Below are positions 39,566 through 51,889 of a stretch of DNA of 64,000 nucleotides, in pieces (the first letter of the stretch is position 1; every line of letters starts with the position of its first letter). The stretch is taken from positions 185,876,001 to 185,940,000 of the forward strand of contig NC_082706.1 of the NCBI RefSeq assembly GCF_030144855.1, read 5' to 3'. The notes beneath the pieces were generated by a model that did not search any database, was not told the origin of the DNA, and saw nothing but the letters and a program-made list of their open reading frames with translations. A program made the position numbers and the translations under genes. The DNA comes from Hypanus sabinus (lineage: Eukaryota).

Positions 39566-41685
39566 CCAAACTTACTTCTTCCTTCCCGAAAGTCCGAAAT
39601 CCTTATGATATTGACCTTCCTTTGTTACCCAATACAATCCTTCCTCTAGGTATTTAGCTGACACTATTGACTCTTTCTCCACATGGGACAAACTGCTTGC
39701 AAAGGTAATTATGTACCCCAGTAACTTGTCACAAACTACCAAGAAAATCTCAGGCTTAATTTATGGGCCATTTTGGGCCTTCCTGCTTTCTAGGATATAG
39801 ATTTGTCTGTCCTTCAATATATCACATCTTTAAAGACAACTAGGTACCAGGTAATGAAGAATGTTAATGTGTGTGAGAATGCAAAGAAGATATGATTGAA
39901 TTAGCCTTATCAGCTGGTAAGCAATGGCAGGCCAAATGAATTGTCTGCTCTACCAGTCCATGATCCACGTGTTCAAAATTTTAGAAAATATTTGTGTGGA
40001 ATTTAAATAAAACGTCTTCTGTAAGCAATAAACCATTAAACTGCAAGGCAAGAATAAATGTCTTCCAGTTCCATCATAGCTATGTTCATACATAATCTTT
40101 AATGATATGATCATGACAAAATTAGGATAGAATTCAGTTTGAAAGAAACTTTTGCAGTCTCAGAGAAATTAGAGATGAAATTGATATTTTGTCCTGCACA
40201 GGTCTGATCTGTGAATGATAATGGTTTCCCTTAACAAGATGATTGGGTTATTTGATTCAGTGAATCAGAATACAATAATTAATGAGCAATATATGATAAA
40301 TAAATTTATCTCAAACTTCAGATGTGTTTAAAGTTACAATCATTTCTGAGCTATAATTAACAACATAAAAAAGAAACTTCATCATGAATGAATCAAAACT
40401 GCTGAGCTAGGATCATTCTCTCACAAATGTTTAAAATTCAACATTACCAACATGATCGAGCAATGATACCGTTTCCCATAAGTGAAAGAATACGTGGAAC
40501 TCAGCAACTCAGATAAAAAGGCCTTCGTGTTTTGTAGTTGCATAAGTGTGCAACTACAAAATCCACAATGAAGATAATAATTTGACATACTTGTGTTTAG
40601 AAGCAAGCAAAGAGTTTTTTGTTTAGTTAATCGTATCTGCTGAATCTTTCTTCCCTATCAGTCATTAACTAAGCAGGACTGAAAATCTGAAGAAGTTTAT
40701 AAGCCAATGTAGAAGAAATTCCTGGACTGGGAAAATATAATTGCCTTTAGTACATTTTAAAATGAGTTCTCCAGCTATTGGCACTTGTCAATGACCTCAC
40801 TTGAAATATTGTATTGGCTGGTTATTATTGAATTTTCTTATGCTATATACAGTGTAAACCTTTTGGTTCTGTCTAAAACATGAAGTGCTCTTGCAAGATA
40901 AATTATGTTACGAGAATGCTCAAGAGAGAGAAGAGAGGTAATATTCTAATTGATAACTTGTAATCTCACCTTTAACCTGTAGTCTATGCTTAAACTACAT
41001 CAAAAGGAATTAAAAATTCAAGGCCCTACTTAAAACTACAAATATGGATGATATCAAAATCCACATTGAAGAAAATGCCTTTTGATTATTAGGCATTTGA
41101 TAAAAAGTGTGTCATAGTTAAATGCAGTCTCCATGCAATCAGGATAAGATCCATTTTATTAACAAAAAATAGTACGTTTGTATCAAATAGGCCTGACCAA
41201 AATAGATTCCACCAATGTTACCAAGGAAAATAAAATCATTTTCTCAGAACAACAAGAAAATCAATTATTTTATATGATGTACAATGCGTCACAGTTAGGC
41301 AATAAAACAAGTTCCACCTTTATAGTCTTCTAGGCATCAAGCAGAGTGAAATTACATTATTGCTTCCACTTCATATTCTGCTGAATAACAAAGGAACTCT
41401 GCACTTGATGTGCAGTATCTATGGGGGCAAATTTACGTTCTTTATCATTAAAGTGAACAGTTACCCCTTTTATGCTTGTTGATCTCATTACTGGAGGTAC
41501 AGTGTCTCTCAACCCTGCCACTTTGGTCTGGTCCACTCCTTCAGTAACTTGGTCCAACATTGTCTGCTTTTATTGGGATCTTTCTCTTTCTATTATCTAT
41601 CTGAAGGTTTACAGTTAGGAATATGCTAAGGGTTTGTGGAGCTAAGGCTGATAGGATTATTGCTTCTGGTTGGGCGTGGTTTGAA

Positions 41686-41778
41686 AGGAATGTGCTTAGG
41701 GTTAGGGATATGTTCTGATGTTAGGAATGTGTTTAGGGTTAGGGATGTATTTAGGCTAGGGGATGTATGCTAAGGTTT
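41686..41778. repeat. Degenerate ~18-bp tandem repeat containing TTAGGGTTAGGG
   Basis: Units: ggaatgtgcttagggtta / gggatatgttctgatgtta / ggaatgtgtttagggtta / gggatgtatttaggctag / gggatgtatgctaaggtt. Confidence 0.75.
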
Positions 41779-42794
41779 GTTGAAAGAGGAGTGGGCCAGG
41801 GTTTGTGAGGATGTATGGTCTGGGGTTAGTGGGGGTAATGGACCAAGGGACTGGAGGAGGGAGTGGGGTGGAGGAAAGAAGGGGTAAAGGAGGGAGGGGT
41901 ATGGAGGCTATGGTTAGGGTAAGGTTAGTGGATGGAGGACGAAGGGCTACGAAGGTTAGGGTTAGAGTTAGGGGATGGAGGTGAGGGTCTAGTAGGGAGT
42001 TGGCAGTAGAGGAGAGAGGGGCTGAAGGAGGAATGGGAGTGGATACTAGGTTTAGGATTAGAGGTTGATGGTGAGGGGCCTACTGGAGAGAGGGTTTTGT
42101 TTGGAGAGAGGAGCTGACAAAGGAGGTTTTTGCCTGGTTTGCTTTGGGAGCAGTCATTCTGGAGCAGCATATTGCCGTTTATTTATCTGCAAGATAGGAC
42201 GGGGTGTCACTTGAGTAGGTCTGCCTTAAGAGGGTTCTGTACTGGGAGATGTACAGGAGTATACATGAGTTTATAGAGGACATACTTTCCCTGCCTTGTA
42301 TAGTTTTTTTGTGGTCCTTTTTTTAAATTTGGATACAGGGGCATGTATGTATTCTGGGTTAAATTAATAGGAATGTGTCGCCCTATTCTCAGTGCTTTAA
42401 ACTTATATAGTGGATTCCATCAGCATTTTTTAAGGCCAGTGATTAGGTTTAGTTTAGCCTTTTTGGGGAGTTTGTTTTATAGGCCTAGTTCTTAGCCTTA
42501 ATTTAGACCTTATGGGTAGTAGATTTTTTTTAGAATTAATGTTAAGTTTAGTTTTGACCATTTGGGGAATAGCTCAGATTTAGGCTGAGTTATTAGGTGG
42601 ATTAATGGTTCAGCATGGACTAGATGGGCCAAAAAGCCTTTGTTGTAGGGTTCTGAGACTCCTAAGCAGCCACCATTGAAAAGGATGATTGCTATATTTA
42701 CATACAATGGTAAAGGATTACTTCCAGACAAATTAACTACAGTACTGGAACAAACTGAATTTATAATTTATAAGTGTTGGTTGTCATGTTAATA

Positions 42795-43070
42795 TAAAGT
42801 TCAGTATTCAAAGTAAAATTATTATCAAACTACATATATGTCACTATATCCAACCCTGATTTGCTTTCTTGCGGGATACTCAGTGAATCCAGGAAACAAT
42901 ATAGAATCAATGAAAGACCACACGCAACAGGACGGACAAACAAACAGTGTACAAAAGACAACTATGCAAATACAAAAGAAAATAAGAATTAATAATAAAA
43001 CATAGAAAATAGAAGAGTACAGCGCAATAATAATACATAAGCAATAAATGTTGAGAACATGAGAACACGA
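42795..43070 (-). mobile_element. Rex1-like 3'UTR fragment
   Basis: Closely similar to 33790-34020 ('attcaaagtaaaattattatcaa..agaatcaatgaaagac..gagaacatgag'). Confidence 0.7.
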
Positions 43071-43080
43071 TCTTGTACTG

Positions 43081-43277
43081 AGTACCCTGACTGTACCCTC
43101 ACTCAGGTGTAGTACCCTGACTGTACTCTAACTCAGGTGTAGTATGTTAACTGTACCCTCACTTAGGTGTAGTACCCTGACTGTACTCTAACTCAGGTGT
43201 AGTATGTTAACTGTACCCTCACTCAGGTGTAGTACCCTGACTGTTCTCTAACTCAAGTGTACTACCCTAACTGTACA
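43081..43277. repeat. 30-bp minisatellite, ~6.5 units, with 60-bp higher-order period
   Basis: Unit agtaccctgactgtaccctcactcaggtgt, with variants alternating ccctc/ctcta and accctga/atgttaa. Confidence 0.95.
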
Positions 43278-43489
43278 TTTCCTGCTTTCATTGTTCTGTT
43301 GATAATAATTTAGTCTGTTCATATATTCACATTTATTTAAGTTTGAATGTCGATATTTGTGCATGTGACCATTCTGCTAATTATTGATTGCCCATGGCTA
43401 ATTGCACTATTGTTTTCTAAACTGCTGCTTGCTATTTTTTGTCTGTTATGGTATTGTCCTGTGTTCTGTGCTTGCCACCGAACTACACC

Positions 43490-44165
43490 TTAGAACCATA
43501 AAACATAGGAGCAAAATTAGGCCATTCAGCCCATCAAGTCTGTTCTGCCATTCCATCATGGCTTGTCCTGGCTCCCACTCAACCTCATACACCTGCTTTC
43601 TTTCCAAATCCTTCGATGCCTTGACCGATCAGGAAACTTATCAATATAAGCACGGACTTGGCTTCCACCGCAGTTTATGGCAGAGCATTCCACAAATTCA
43701 CCACTTTCCAGCTGAAAAAAAAAAATTCCTCCTTGCCTCTGTTCTGAAGGGTCACCCCTCAGTTTTGAGGTTGTGCCCTCTAGTTCTGGCTAATCCTGTC
43801 ATAGGAAACACACTCTCCACGTCCACCCTATCCTGTCCTTTCAATATTCAGTAGGTTTCAATGAGATCCCACTGCATTCTTCAGTGAGTACAAGCCCAAG
43901 GCTGCCAAACACACCTCATATGTTAACCCCTTCATTCCCGGAATCATCCTCGTGAACCTCCTCTGGACCCTCTCCAATGATAGCACAATCCTTCTAAGAT
44001 ATAGGGCCCAAAACTGTTCACAATACTCGAAGTGCGGCCTGACCAGTGTCTTATAAAGGCTCAGCATTATCTCCTTGTTTTTATGTTCTATTCCTCTTGA
44101 AATAAATGCAAACATTGCATTTTCCTTCTGTACCGCAGACCCAGCCTGTAAATTAATCTTCTGGG
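43490..44165 (-). mobile_element. CR1 3' fragment
   Basis: ORF 43858-44265 'LYKTLVRPHFEYCEQFW..ERVQRRFTRMIPGMKG'; tail 'agaaccataaaacataggagc'. Confidence 0.9.
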
Positions 44166-44269
44166 TGTATTCACATACTGGTAATAAAGTTACTTTGATT
44201 CTGATTCTGATTATAGTGCAGGTCAGTATAAAGAGAGTACAGGCTGTGGATGTGCATTGAATCATTCAT

Positions 44270-45860
44270 AGTCGTAGAATCATAGAGAAATACAGCACAG
44301 AAACAAGTCCTTTGGCCTATCTAGTCCATTCCAAGACAAATTAAACTACTTACTCTCAACAGCCAGCACTGGACCATAGCCTTCCATATCATTACCATCC
44401 ATGTACCTGTACAAACTTCTCTCAAATTATGAAGTTGAGCTTGCATGCACCACTTGTGCTCACAGCTCATTCCCCACTCTTACAACCCTCTGAGTGAAGA
44501 AGTTTCCCTTTATGTTCCCCTTAAACTTCTCAGTTTTCAACCTCAACTTGTGACCTCTGATTGTCGTCCCACTCAACCTCAGTGGAAAAAGCCTGGTTGC
44601 ATTTACCCTATCTATGGCCCTCATAATTTTGTATAGCTCCTCTCAACCTTCTATGTTCTAAGGAAAAAAGTCCTAACCTATTTAATCTTTCCTTATAACA
44701 CAGGTCCTCCAGACCTGGCAACATCTTTGTAAATTTTTGCTGCATTCTTTCAACCTTGTTTCCATCTTTCCTGTAAGTAGGTGACCAAAACTGCACATAA
44801 TATTCCAAATTAGGCCTCACCCACATCTTTTACAACTTCAACATGACATCCCATCTCCTGTATTCAATACATTGCTTTATGAAGGCATGTGCCAAAAACT
44901 TGCTTTACTACCCTTTCTACCTGTGATGCTATTTTCAATAAATTTTGGACCTGTATTCCCAGATCCCTTTGTTCTACCACACTCCGCAGTGCCCTACCGC
45001 TCACTGTGTAAGACCTAACCTGGCTGGTCCTACAGAATTGTAAACTATAGAACCATAGAACACTACGGCACAGTACAGGCCCTTCAGCCCTCCATGTTGT
45101 GCTGACTCATATAATCATTTAAAAAAGTACTAAACCCACACTATCCCATAACCCTCCATTTTTCTTTTATCCATGTGCCTGTCCAAGAGGCTCTTAAATA
45201 CCCCTAATGTTTTAGCCTCATCCACCATCCCTGGTAAGTCATTCCAGGCACTCACAACCCTCTGTGCAAAAAACCTACTCCTGTTGTGTTCCCTAAACTT
45301 CCCTCCCTTAATTTTGTACAAATGCCCTCTGGTGTTTGCTATTGGTGCCCTGGGAAACAGATACTGACTATCCACCCTATCTATGCCTCTCATAATCTTG
45401 TAGACCTCTATCAAGTCACCTCTCATTCTTCCATGCTCCAAAAAGAAAAGTCCCAGCTCTGCTAACCTTGCTTCATATGACTTGTTCTCCAAACCAGGCA
45501 AACCTTGGACTTAACTACATTAAATTCCATCTGCTATTTTTCAGCCCATTTTTCCAAATCCCTCCACAAGCCATGATAGCCTTCCTCACTGTCCACTACA
45601 CCTCCAATCCTGCTGTCATCTGAAAATTTGCCAATCCAGTTAACCACATTATCATCCCTATCATTGATATAGATGACAACCAACAGACAACCCAGCGCCG
45701 ATCCCTGCGGCACACCACTAGTCACAGGCCTCCAATCAGAGGGGCAACCGTCTACTACCACTCTCTAGATTTTCCCACAAAGCCAATGCCAAATCCAATT
45801 TACTTCCTCATACCCTGGATGCCAAGTGACTGAACCTTCTTGACCAGCCTCCCATAAGCA
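44270..45860 (-). mobile_element. CR1 RT/3' fragment split by a younger CR1 (45045-45500)
   Basis: 'VRPNLEYYVQFWSP' (44608-44826) and 'GVPQGSALG..FSDDSRIGG' (45534-45761) flank a separate CR1 3' end with its own tail (ORF 45130-45501). Confidence 0.9.
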
Positions 45861-46007
45861 AATTCATCAGGTGTTCAAGCTGCTGACAATTTCATGGTGT
45901 AATAATGAGAGTCAATAGTTTTGCTGTAAATAAAACTGCAAGATATTGGATATAACTTTAGGAAAGTATGCAAAATTGTGATGATACTAAAAGTTTAGCC
46001 AAGAGTA

Positions 46008-46325
46008 GGTCACCATGGTAATGTAGCAATTAGCACAATGCTATAACAACTCAGGGCATTGGAGTTGGGAGCTCCATTCCGGTGTTGTCTGTTAAGAGTT
46101 TGTACATTCCACCTGTGACCTTGTGGGTCTTCTCCTTGTGCTTCAGTTTTCTCCAGGTGCACCGATTTCCTTTCGCCGTCCTAAGATATACCAGTCAGTA
46201 GGTTCATTGGTCTTTGGAAATTGACATGTGTTTGGCTAGGGTTAAATAAGTAGGTTGATGAGCAGCCTGGCTCATTATGCTGGAAGGGCCAATTTTGCAC
46301 TATCTCTCGGTAATAAATAAATAAT
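46008..46325 (+). mobile_element. V-SINE (tRNA head + V domain)
   Basis: Head 'ggtaatgtagcaattagcacaatgct..ggagctccattcc', V-domain-like 'gtgggtcttctcc..tgcttcagttttctccaggtgcaccgatttcct...cctaaga', tail (TAAA)n. Confidence 0.7.
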
Positions 46326-46690
46326 GTTACTTAAAATGAAAATGTGACGCTTTTGAAAGCAATAGTAGATAGTGCCTGGTAAGAGACATTATTGGTTAAT
46401 TCCTTTTAATGCAAAAAGTGAGGAACAAGGAGAAAGATTCTGAAAGGAATACGAAGCATTCTGAAACAACTGGATTTTTTTTGTGAGACATTGAGGGGTT
46501 ATTCCTTTGAAAGAATGAGTGAGATGTGCCAACTATCTTCCTCATTTCTGAGTATCTTGTGAACTTCCATGTCATTGTATGTGTTGCAGAGTACATGTCC
46601 AATATTAATTAGAATCAGGTTTATAATCACTGGTAGACGTACGAAAAGGCTGGATGAACTTAGCAGGTCGGGCAGCATCCATTGAAAGAA

Positions 46691-46730
46691 GCAGTCAACT
46701 TTTCGGGCCGAGACCCTTCGTCAGGACTAA
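46691..46730 (-). ncRNA. Minimal type I hammerhead ribozyme motif (best-preserved copy)
   Basis: agtc-CUGACGA-a-gggu(cucg)gccc-GAAA-ag-UU|gacu. Stem I is agtc/gact, stem II is 4 bp and the core is intact. The stem III palindrome ACGU is mutated to AAGU. Confidence 0.65.
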
Positions 46731-46840
46731 AGAAGGAGGGGGCAGGGGCCCTATAAAGAAAGTGGGGGGAGGGTGGAATGTGCCAGGTGAAAAACAAATC
46801 AGAGGGAAGATCAAGGGGTGGGGAGGGGAAGCAGGGAGGG

Positions 46841-47000
46841 GATAGGCAGGAGAGGTGAAGAAGGAATCTAAGGGGAAATCACTATGGGTAGTAGAAGAAG
46901 GCAGAGTTATGAGCGAGGTGGATAGGCAGGAGAGGTGAAGAAGGAATCTAAGGGGAAATCACTATGGGTAGTAGAAGAAGGCAGAGTTATGAGCGAGGTG
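46841..47000. repeat. Perfect 80-bp tandem duplication inside the Penelope 3'UTR
   Basis: 46841-46920 is identical to 46921-47000. Confidence 0.95.
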
Positions 47001-48766
47001 ATAGGCAGCTAGAAGAGGAGACAGAGTGAAGGTGGGATGGGGGAAGGGAGGGGGAGGGAATTACCGGAAGTTGGAGAATTCGATGTTCATACCAAGGGGC
47101 TGGAGACTACCCAGACAGTATATGAGATGTTGTTCCTCCAACCGAAGTTTGGCCTCATCGTGGCAGTAGAGGAAGCCATGTATGGACAAACCCGAATGGG
47201 AATGTGAAGCAGAGTTGAAGTGAGTGGCAACCGGGAGATCCTGTCTGTTGTTGCGGACGGAGCATATCACTGGTGTACTATGTGTCAAGACATTTGTTGT
47301 TTTGTAGTCGCAGTACTCATTAAAAATTACTGTAAGTTACTGTAAGAAATATAAACTAAATAAATAAATTGTACTAAAAGTTAACTAAAATAGTTATAAC
47401 AAAATAGTGAGGAAGTGTTCATGGGTTCACAGACCATTCAGTAATCTACACAACCTAGCCCAGAATAGCATTTCCTCGACATTAGCTTTTTCCAGGATTT
47501 GCTGTCAATTGTCATTGGATTATGTGATGATGACATCTATCACTGATACAGAGTGCTTTCTTGAGACACAACATTATCAAGCTTGTACCAATGCAGTCAG
47601 GTCCTGACAAGTCCACATGGCAGGCACTGTGTACTGCAGATATGCAGATTTGTTTGGGGTGAATAGTTTGCCATAGTTACTATCTCAAGTTATGTGTGAA
47701 TGCCACTGCTGATACGCCAAGTGACGTGATTGGTAGAGTCTTCCATTCAGATGAACAGCTACATCCCTCGGAAAGGGCTGAAGAACGGGAATGAATTGTA
47801 ATCTGTGAGGAATATCATTTCTGAAATGCTTGATAGACAGCATTTTCATGATCTGTGGTGCAATACTGGAAATGTAGTCCTACTTATTGAGAACAACACT
47901 GTAGAGCGACTCTCAGCAGCATATTCTACATGACAGTTAATTGTACACATAGGTTGATTAACCAATTGCCTTTCCTTTTGAAGAAATCTCAGTGGTAATC
48001 TAAAATAAATGTAATGAGATTTTTTTTCAGTTATGCTGTGTACATTTAATAGTTCGCTTTTGGCCATTAACATTTTGATGCATGTACATTGTTTATCTTC
48101 TGCTATCCAAACCATTGAGAGCATAATGCTTGTCAATTGGTGCCTCATGACACTAATGATTATACACTGCTTTCTACTGAGTCATGATATTTGTTTCTGT
48201 CAGCACTTTAAGTTCCAAGCTGGCCGCTTTCCATGGCTGATTTTTGGCACACATTGAGAACATGTTGGGTGGCTATGGAGTTATTGAGATGCACATTCTC
48301 ATCCAAGCTGCCGTTAATTTGTCCTAGATATGAAGTATTTCTTTCCGATGGTCACAGACCCAGTGAAAACAAATCATTGGCAGTGAGTGATGTGTGAAAT
48401 TCATCAAGTTCCTCTCAATCTAATCTTCAGATCTCCAAAGCTATCTTTTGAGGGCTAAGTTCCCACATGGCCACACTTGAAGGATTTGTAAGGGGAAAAA
48501 ATGGGTCCTAGACATTTCATTGCACAGCAGAAGGAATCTTAACGCAATCCAAGTTGCTACATGCCACACTGGTAAAGCACTTGCAGAATTTAGTTCCAGT
48601 GCTTCATGTTATTGGTTCATACACAGAGAGGCAGTGCAGTGATAACAGTATAGAACCATTCTATGTTTTTTATCAGTGGAGATCCAAAGAACTGGAAGCA
48701 ATAGAATGAAGATTTTATCCCGAGATGTCTGAAAGAAAGAGGTGCAAATTTCAATCCACCTAGAGC

Positions 48767-51700
48767 TCTCTTCTGGGGAAGGTCTGGCCATACAAAAAGG
48801 AGGGGCTGCACCTGAACTGGAAAGGGACCAATATCCTGGCAGGCAGATTTGCTGGAGCTGTTGGGGAGGGTTTAAACTAGTTTAGCAGGGGTGGGGGTGG
48901 GAATCAGAATGTGAGTGCAGACATTAGGGTAGTAGAACAAGGGCATGATGCTGTCTGTTCTGAGTTGGTGGGGAAGGACAGGCAGGAGACAGAACATAAA
49001 TGTAGCCAGTTAGAGGGGTTAAAATGTGTCAATTTAAATGCTAGGAGTATTAGGAATAATGGGGATGAAATTAGAGCGTGGATCAGTACGTGGAACTACG
49101 ATGTTGTGGCCTTTATTGAAACTTGGCTGGAGGAAGGGCAGGATTGGCTGATGCAGGTCCCGGGGTTTAGGTGTTTTAAAGGGAATAGGATGGGAGGTAG
49201 GAAAGGGGGGGGGGAGTAACATTACTGGTCAGGGATAGTATCACAGCTATAGAAAGGGAGGACGCTGCAGAGGGAGTGTCCACTGATCAGTGTGGGTGGA
49301 AGTCAGAAATAGGAAGGGATCAAACACTGTGCTGGGAGTAGTCCACAGGCCCCCAAATAGGCCTCAGGACACCGAGGAGCAGATAAGTAGGCAGATTTTA
49401 GAATGGTGCAGGAAATACAGGGTTGTACTTATTGGTGATTTTAACTCCCCTCATATTGACTGGCACCTCCTGACTGCAAGGGGGATAGATGGGGCTGAAT
49501 TTATCAGGTGTGTTCAAAAAGGATTCCTGACTCAGTATGTGGACCATCCGATGAGAGGAGAGGCCATACTGGATCTAGTTCAAGGTAATGAACCTGGTCA
49601 GGTGACAGACCTCTTGGTGGGGGAGCATTTTGGTGAGAGTGACCACAACCCCCTTAGCTTCAGCATAGCGATGGAAAGGGATAAAAACAGACAAAATGGG
49701 AAAGTGCTTAACTGGGGAAGGGCTAACTATGAAGGGTTGAGGCAGGACCTAGAGAGAGTAAATTGGAAACAGATGTTCAAGGGTGAAAGCACAGAAGTAA
49801 TGTGGAGGAAGTTTAGGGACCACTTGAGCTGGGTTCAGGATAGGTTTGTCCCACTGAGGCAAGGAAAAAATGGTAGGAAAAGGGAACCATGGCTGACGAA
49901 ACATGTGAGGCAACTCGTCAAGAGGAAGAAGGAAGCACATAGATATAAGATATATGTTAGATATAAGAAGCAGGAAGCAAGAGGGGCTGATGAGAAATAT
50001 AGGGTAGCCAGGAAGGAGCTAAAGAAAGGACTTAGGAGAGCTCGAAGGGGGCACGAGAAGGCCTTGGCATGTAGGATTAAGGAGAACCCCAAGGCATTCT
50101 ATGCATATGTAAAGAACAGAAGGATGGGGCTGCTAAAGGATAAAGAAGGCAACATGTGCCTGGAGGTGGAGGAGGTTGGGGAGGTCCTAAATGAATACTT
50201 TGCTTCAGTATTCACAAGTGAAAAGGTCCTTGATTGGGGTGAGGTCAAAATAGAACAGGCCTGTGTGTTGGACAATGTGGAGATTAAGGAAGAAGTGTTG
50301 GATTTTCTTAAAAACATCAAGATTGATAAGTCTCCAGGGCCAGACGTGATATACCCCAGGTTGCTGTGAGAAGTGAGAGAAGAGATCGCTGGTGCAGTAG
50401 CTATGATTTTTGAATCCTCTTTGGCTGCAGGGGGGGGTATCAGAGGATAGGAGAATGGCAAATGTAGTTTCCGTGTTTAAAAAGGTAATAGGGAGAATTC
50501 TGGGAACTATAGGTCGGTGGTCTGCAAACTATTGGAAAGGATTCTTAAGGATAGGATCTACGAGCATTTGGAGAAGTACAGTCTACTCATGGATAGTCAA
50601 CATGGCTTTGTGAAGGGAAGGTTGTGCCTCACGAGCCTAATTGAGTTTTTTTGAAGAGGTAACAAAAGAAATTGATGAGGGTAGGGAGATAGATGTGGTC
50701 TACATGGATTTTAGCAAGGCATTTGACAAGGTCCCCCATGAAAGACTTATCAAGAAAGTCATGAGACATGAGATCAGTGGAACCTTGGCTGTTTGGATAA
50801 ATTATTGGCTTACAGGAAGAAAGCAGAGGGTAGTAGTAGAAGGAGTATCCTGCCTGGAGGTTGGTGACTAGTAGAGTGCCTCAAGGATCTGTCCTGGAAC
50901 CCCTACTCTTTGTGATTTTTATAAATGACCTTTATGAAGAGGTGGAAGGATGGGTGAGTAAGTTTGCGGATGACACGAAGATTGGAGGAGTTGTGGATGG
51001 AGCTGTAGGTTGTCAAAGGTTACAAGAGGATATAGACAGGATGCAGAGTTGGGCAGAAAAATGGCAGATGGAGTTCAATCCAGATAAGTGTGAGGTGATC
51101 CATTTTGGAAGGACAAACCAGAAGGCTGAGTACAGGGTTAATGGTCGGTTACTTAAGAGTGTGGATGAACAGAGGGACCTTGGGGTTCAAATCCATACAT
51201 CCCTCAAGGTCACTGCACAGGTTGATAGGATAGTTAAGAAGGCCTATGGGATGTTAGGCTTCATTAATAGGGGGATTGAGTTCAAGAGTAGAGAGGTCAT
51301 GTTGCAACTCTACAAATCTTGGGTGAGACCACAATTAGAGTATTGTGTTCAATTCTGGTCACCTCATTATAGGAAGGATGTGGAAGCTATGGAGAGGGTG
51401 CAGAGGAGATTAACCATAACATTGCATGGATTGGAAAACGAGTCCTATGAGGCAAGGTTAGCAGAGCTGGGACTTTTCACTTTGGAGCGTAGAAGGATGA
51501 GAGGGGATTGATAGAGGTCTACAATATTATGAGAGGCATAGATAGGGTGGATAGTCAGTACCTGTTTCCCAGGACATGAATAGCAAACCCCAGAGGGCAT
51601 ATGTACAAAGTTAAGGGAGGGAAGTTTAGGGGAGACATCAAGGGTAAGTTTTTTTTCCCCCACAAAGGGTTGTGAGTGCCTGGAATGACTTGCCAGGGAT

Positions 51701-51882
51701 GGTGGTGGAGGCTAAAACATTAGGGGTATTTAAGAGCCTCTTGGACAGGCACATGGGTGAAAGAAAAATAGAGGGTTACAGGGTGGTGTGGGTTTAGTAT
51801 TTTTTTCTTTTTTCAAGGATTATAAGGGTCAGCACAACATTGAGGGCCAAAGGGCCTGTGTTCTGCTGTAGTATTCTAGTGT
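48767..51882 (+). mobile_element. CR1 LINE, 5'-truncated in ORF1, near-complete ORF2 with frameshifts/stops; candidate 7-bp TSD
   Basis: ORF1 end 'EGLHLNWKGTNILAGRF'; APE 'NLNARSIRN..ETW', 'IGDFN', 'GESDH'; RT 'VYMDFSKAFDKVPH', 'PQGSVL', 'FADDTK'. The sequence ctagagc occurs at 48760-48766 and 51883-51889. Confidence 0.95.
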
Positions 51883-51889
51883 CTAGAGC

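Larger units (their letters stand above)
46635..47265 (-). mobile_element. Penelope-like element, 5'-truncated (GIY-YIG C-terminus + pLTR), 9-bp TSD
   Basis: ORF 47061-47288 reads 'DLPVATHFNSASHSHS...LEEQHLIYCLGSLQPLGMNIEF'. A hammerhead core CTGACGA..GAAA is at 46691-46730. Direct repeat atcactggt at 46626-46634 and 47266-47274. Confidence 0.9.

Noticed and set aside
41610-42730. NUMT or true telomere array
   Set aside because: The composition is mtDNA-like, but I recognise no mitochondrial gene, tRNA or rRNA, and there are never more than two perfect TTAGGG in a row. ORF 42510-42731 runs through a CR1 3' tail (~42595-42657) and is spurious.
43081-43277. Regularly spaced ~30-bp repeats resembling a CRISPR array
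   Set aside because: Units are head-to-tail with no unique spacers, no cas genes are present and the context is vertebrate, so this is a minisatellite.
47712-47735. TGACGTGA-TTGG (CRE/UPRE-like next to a reverse CCAAT), plus CTCF-like words at ~16750 and ~59525
   Set aside because: Short single motifs are expected by chance in 64 kb, and there is no CpG island or other promoter evidence.
35041-50461. Many 60-150 aa hydrophobic ORFs (e.g. 36707-37138, 49835-50092, 50099-50461)
   Set aside because: They are antisense or off-frame shadows of CR1 ORF2.
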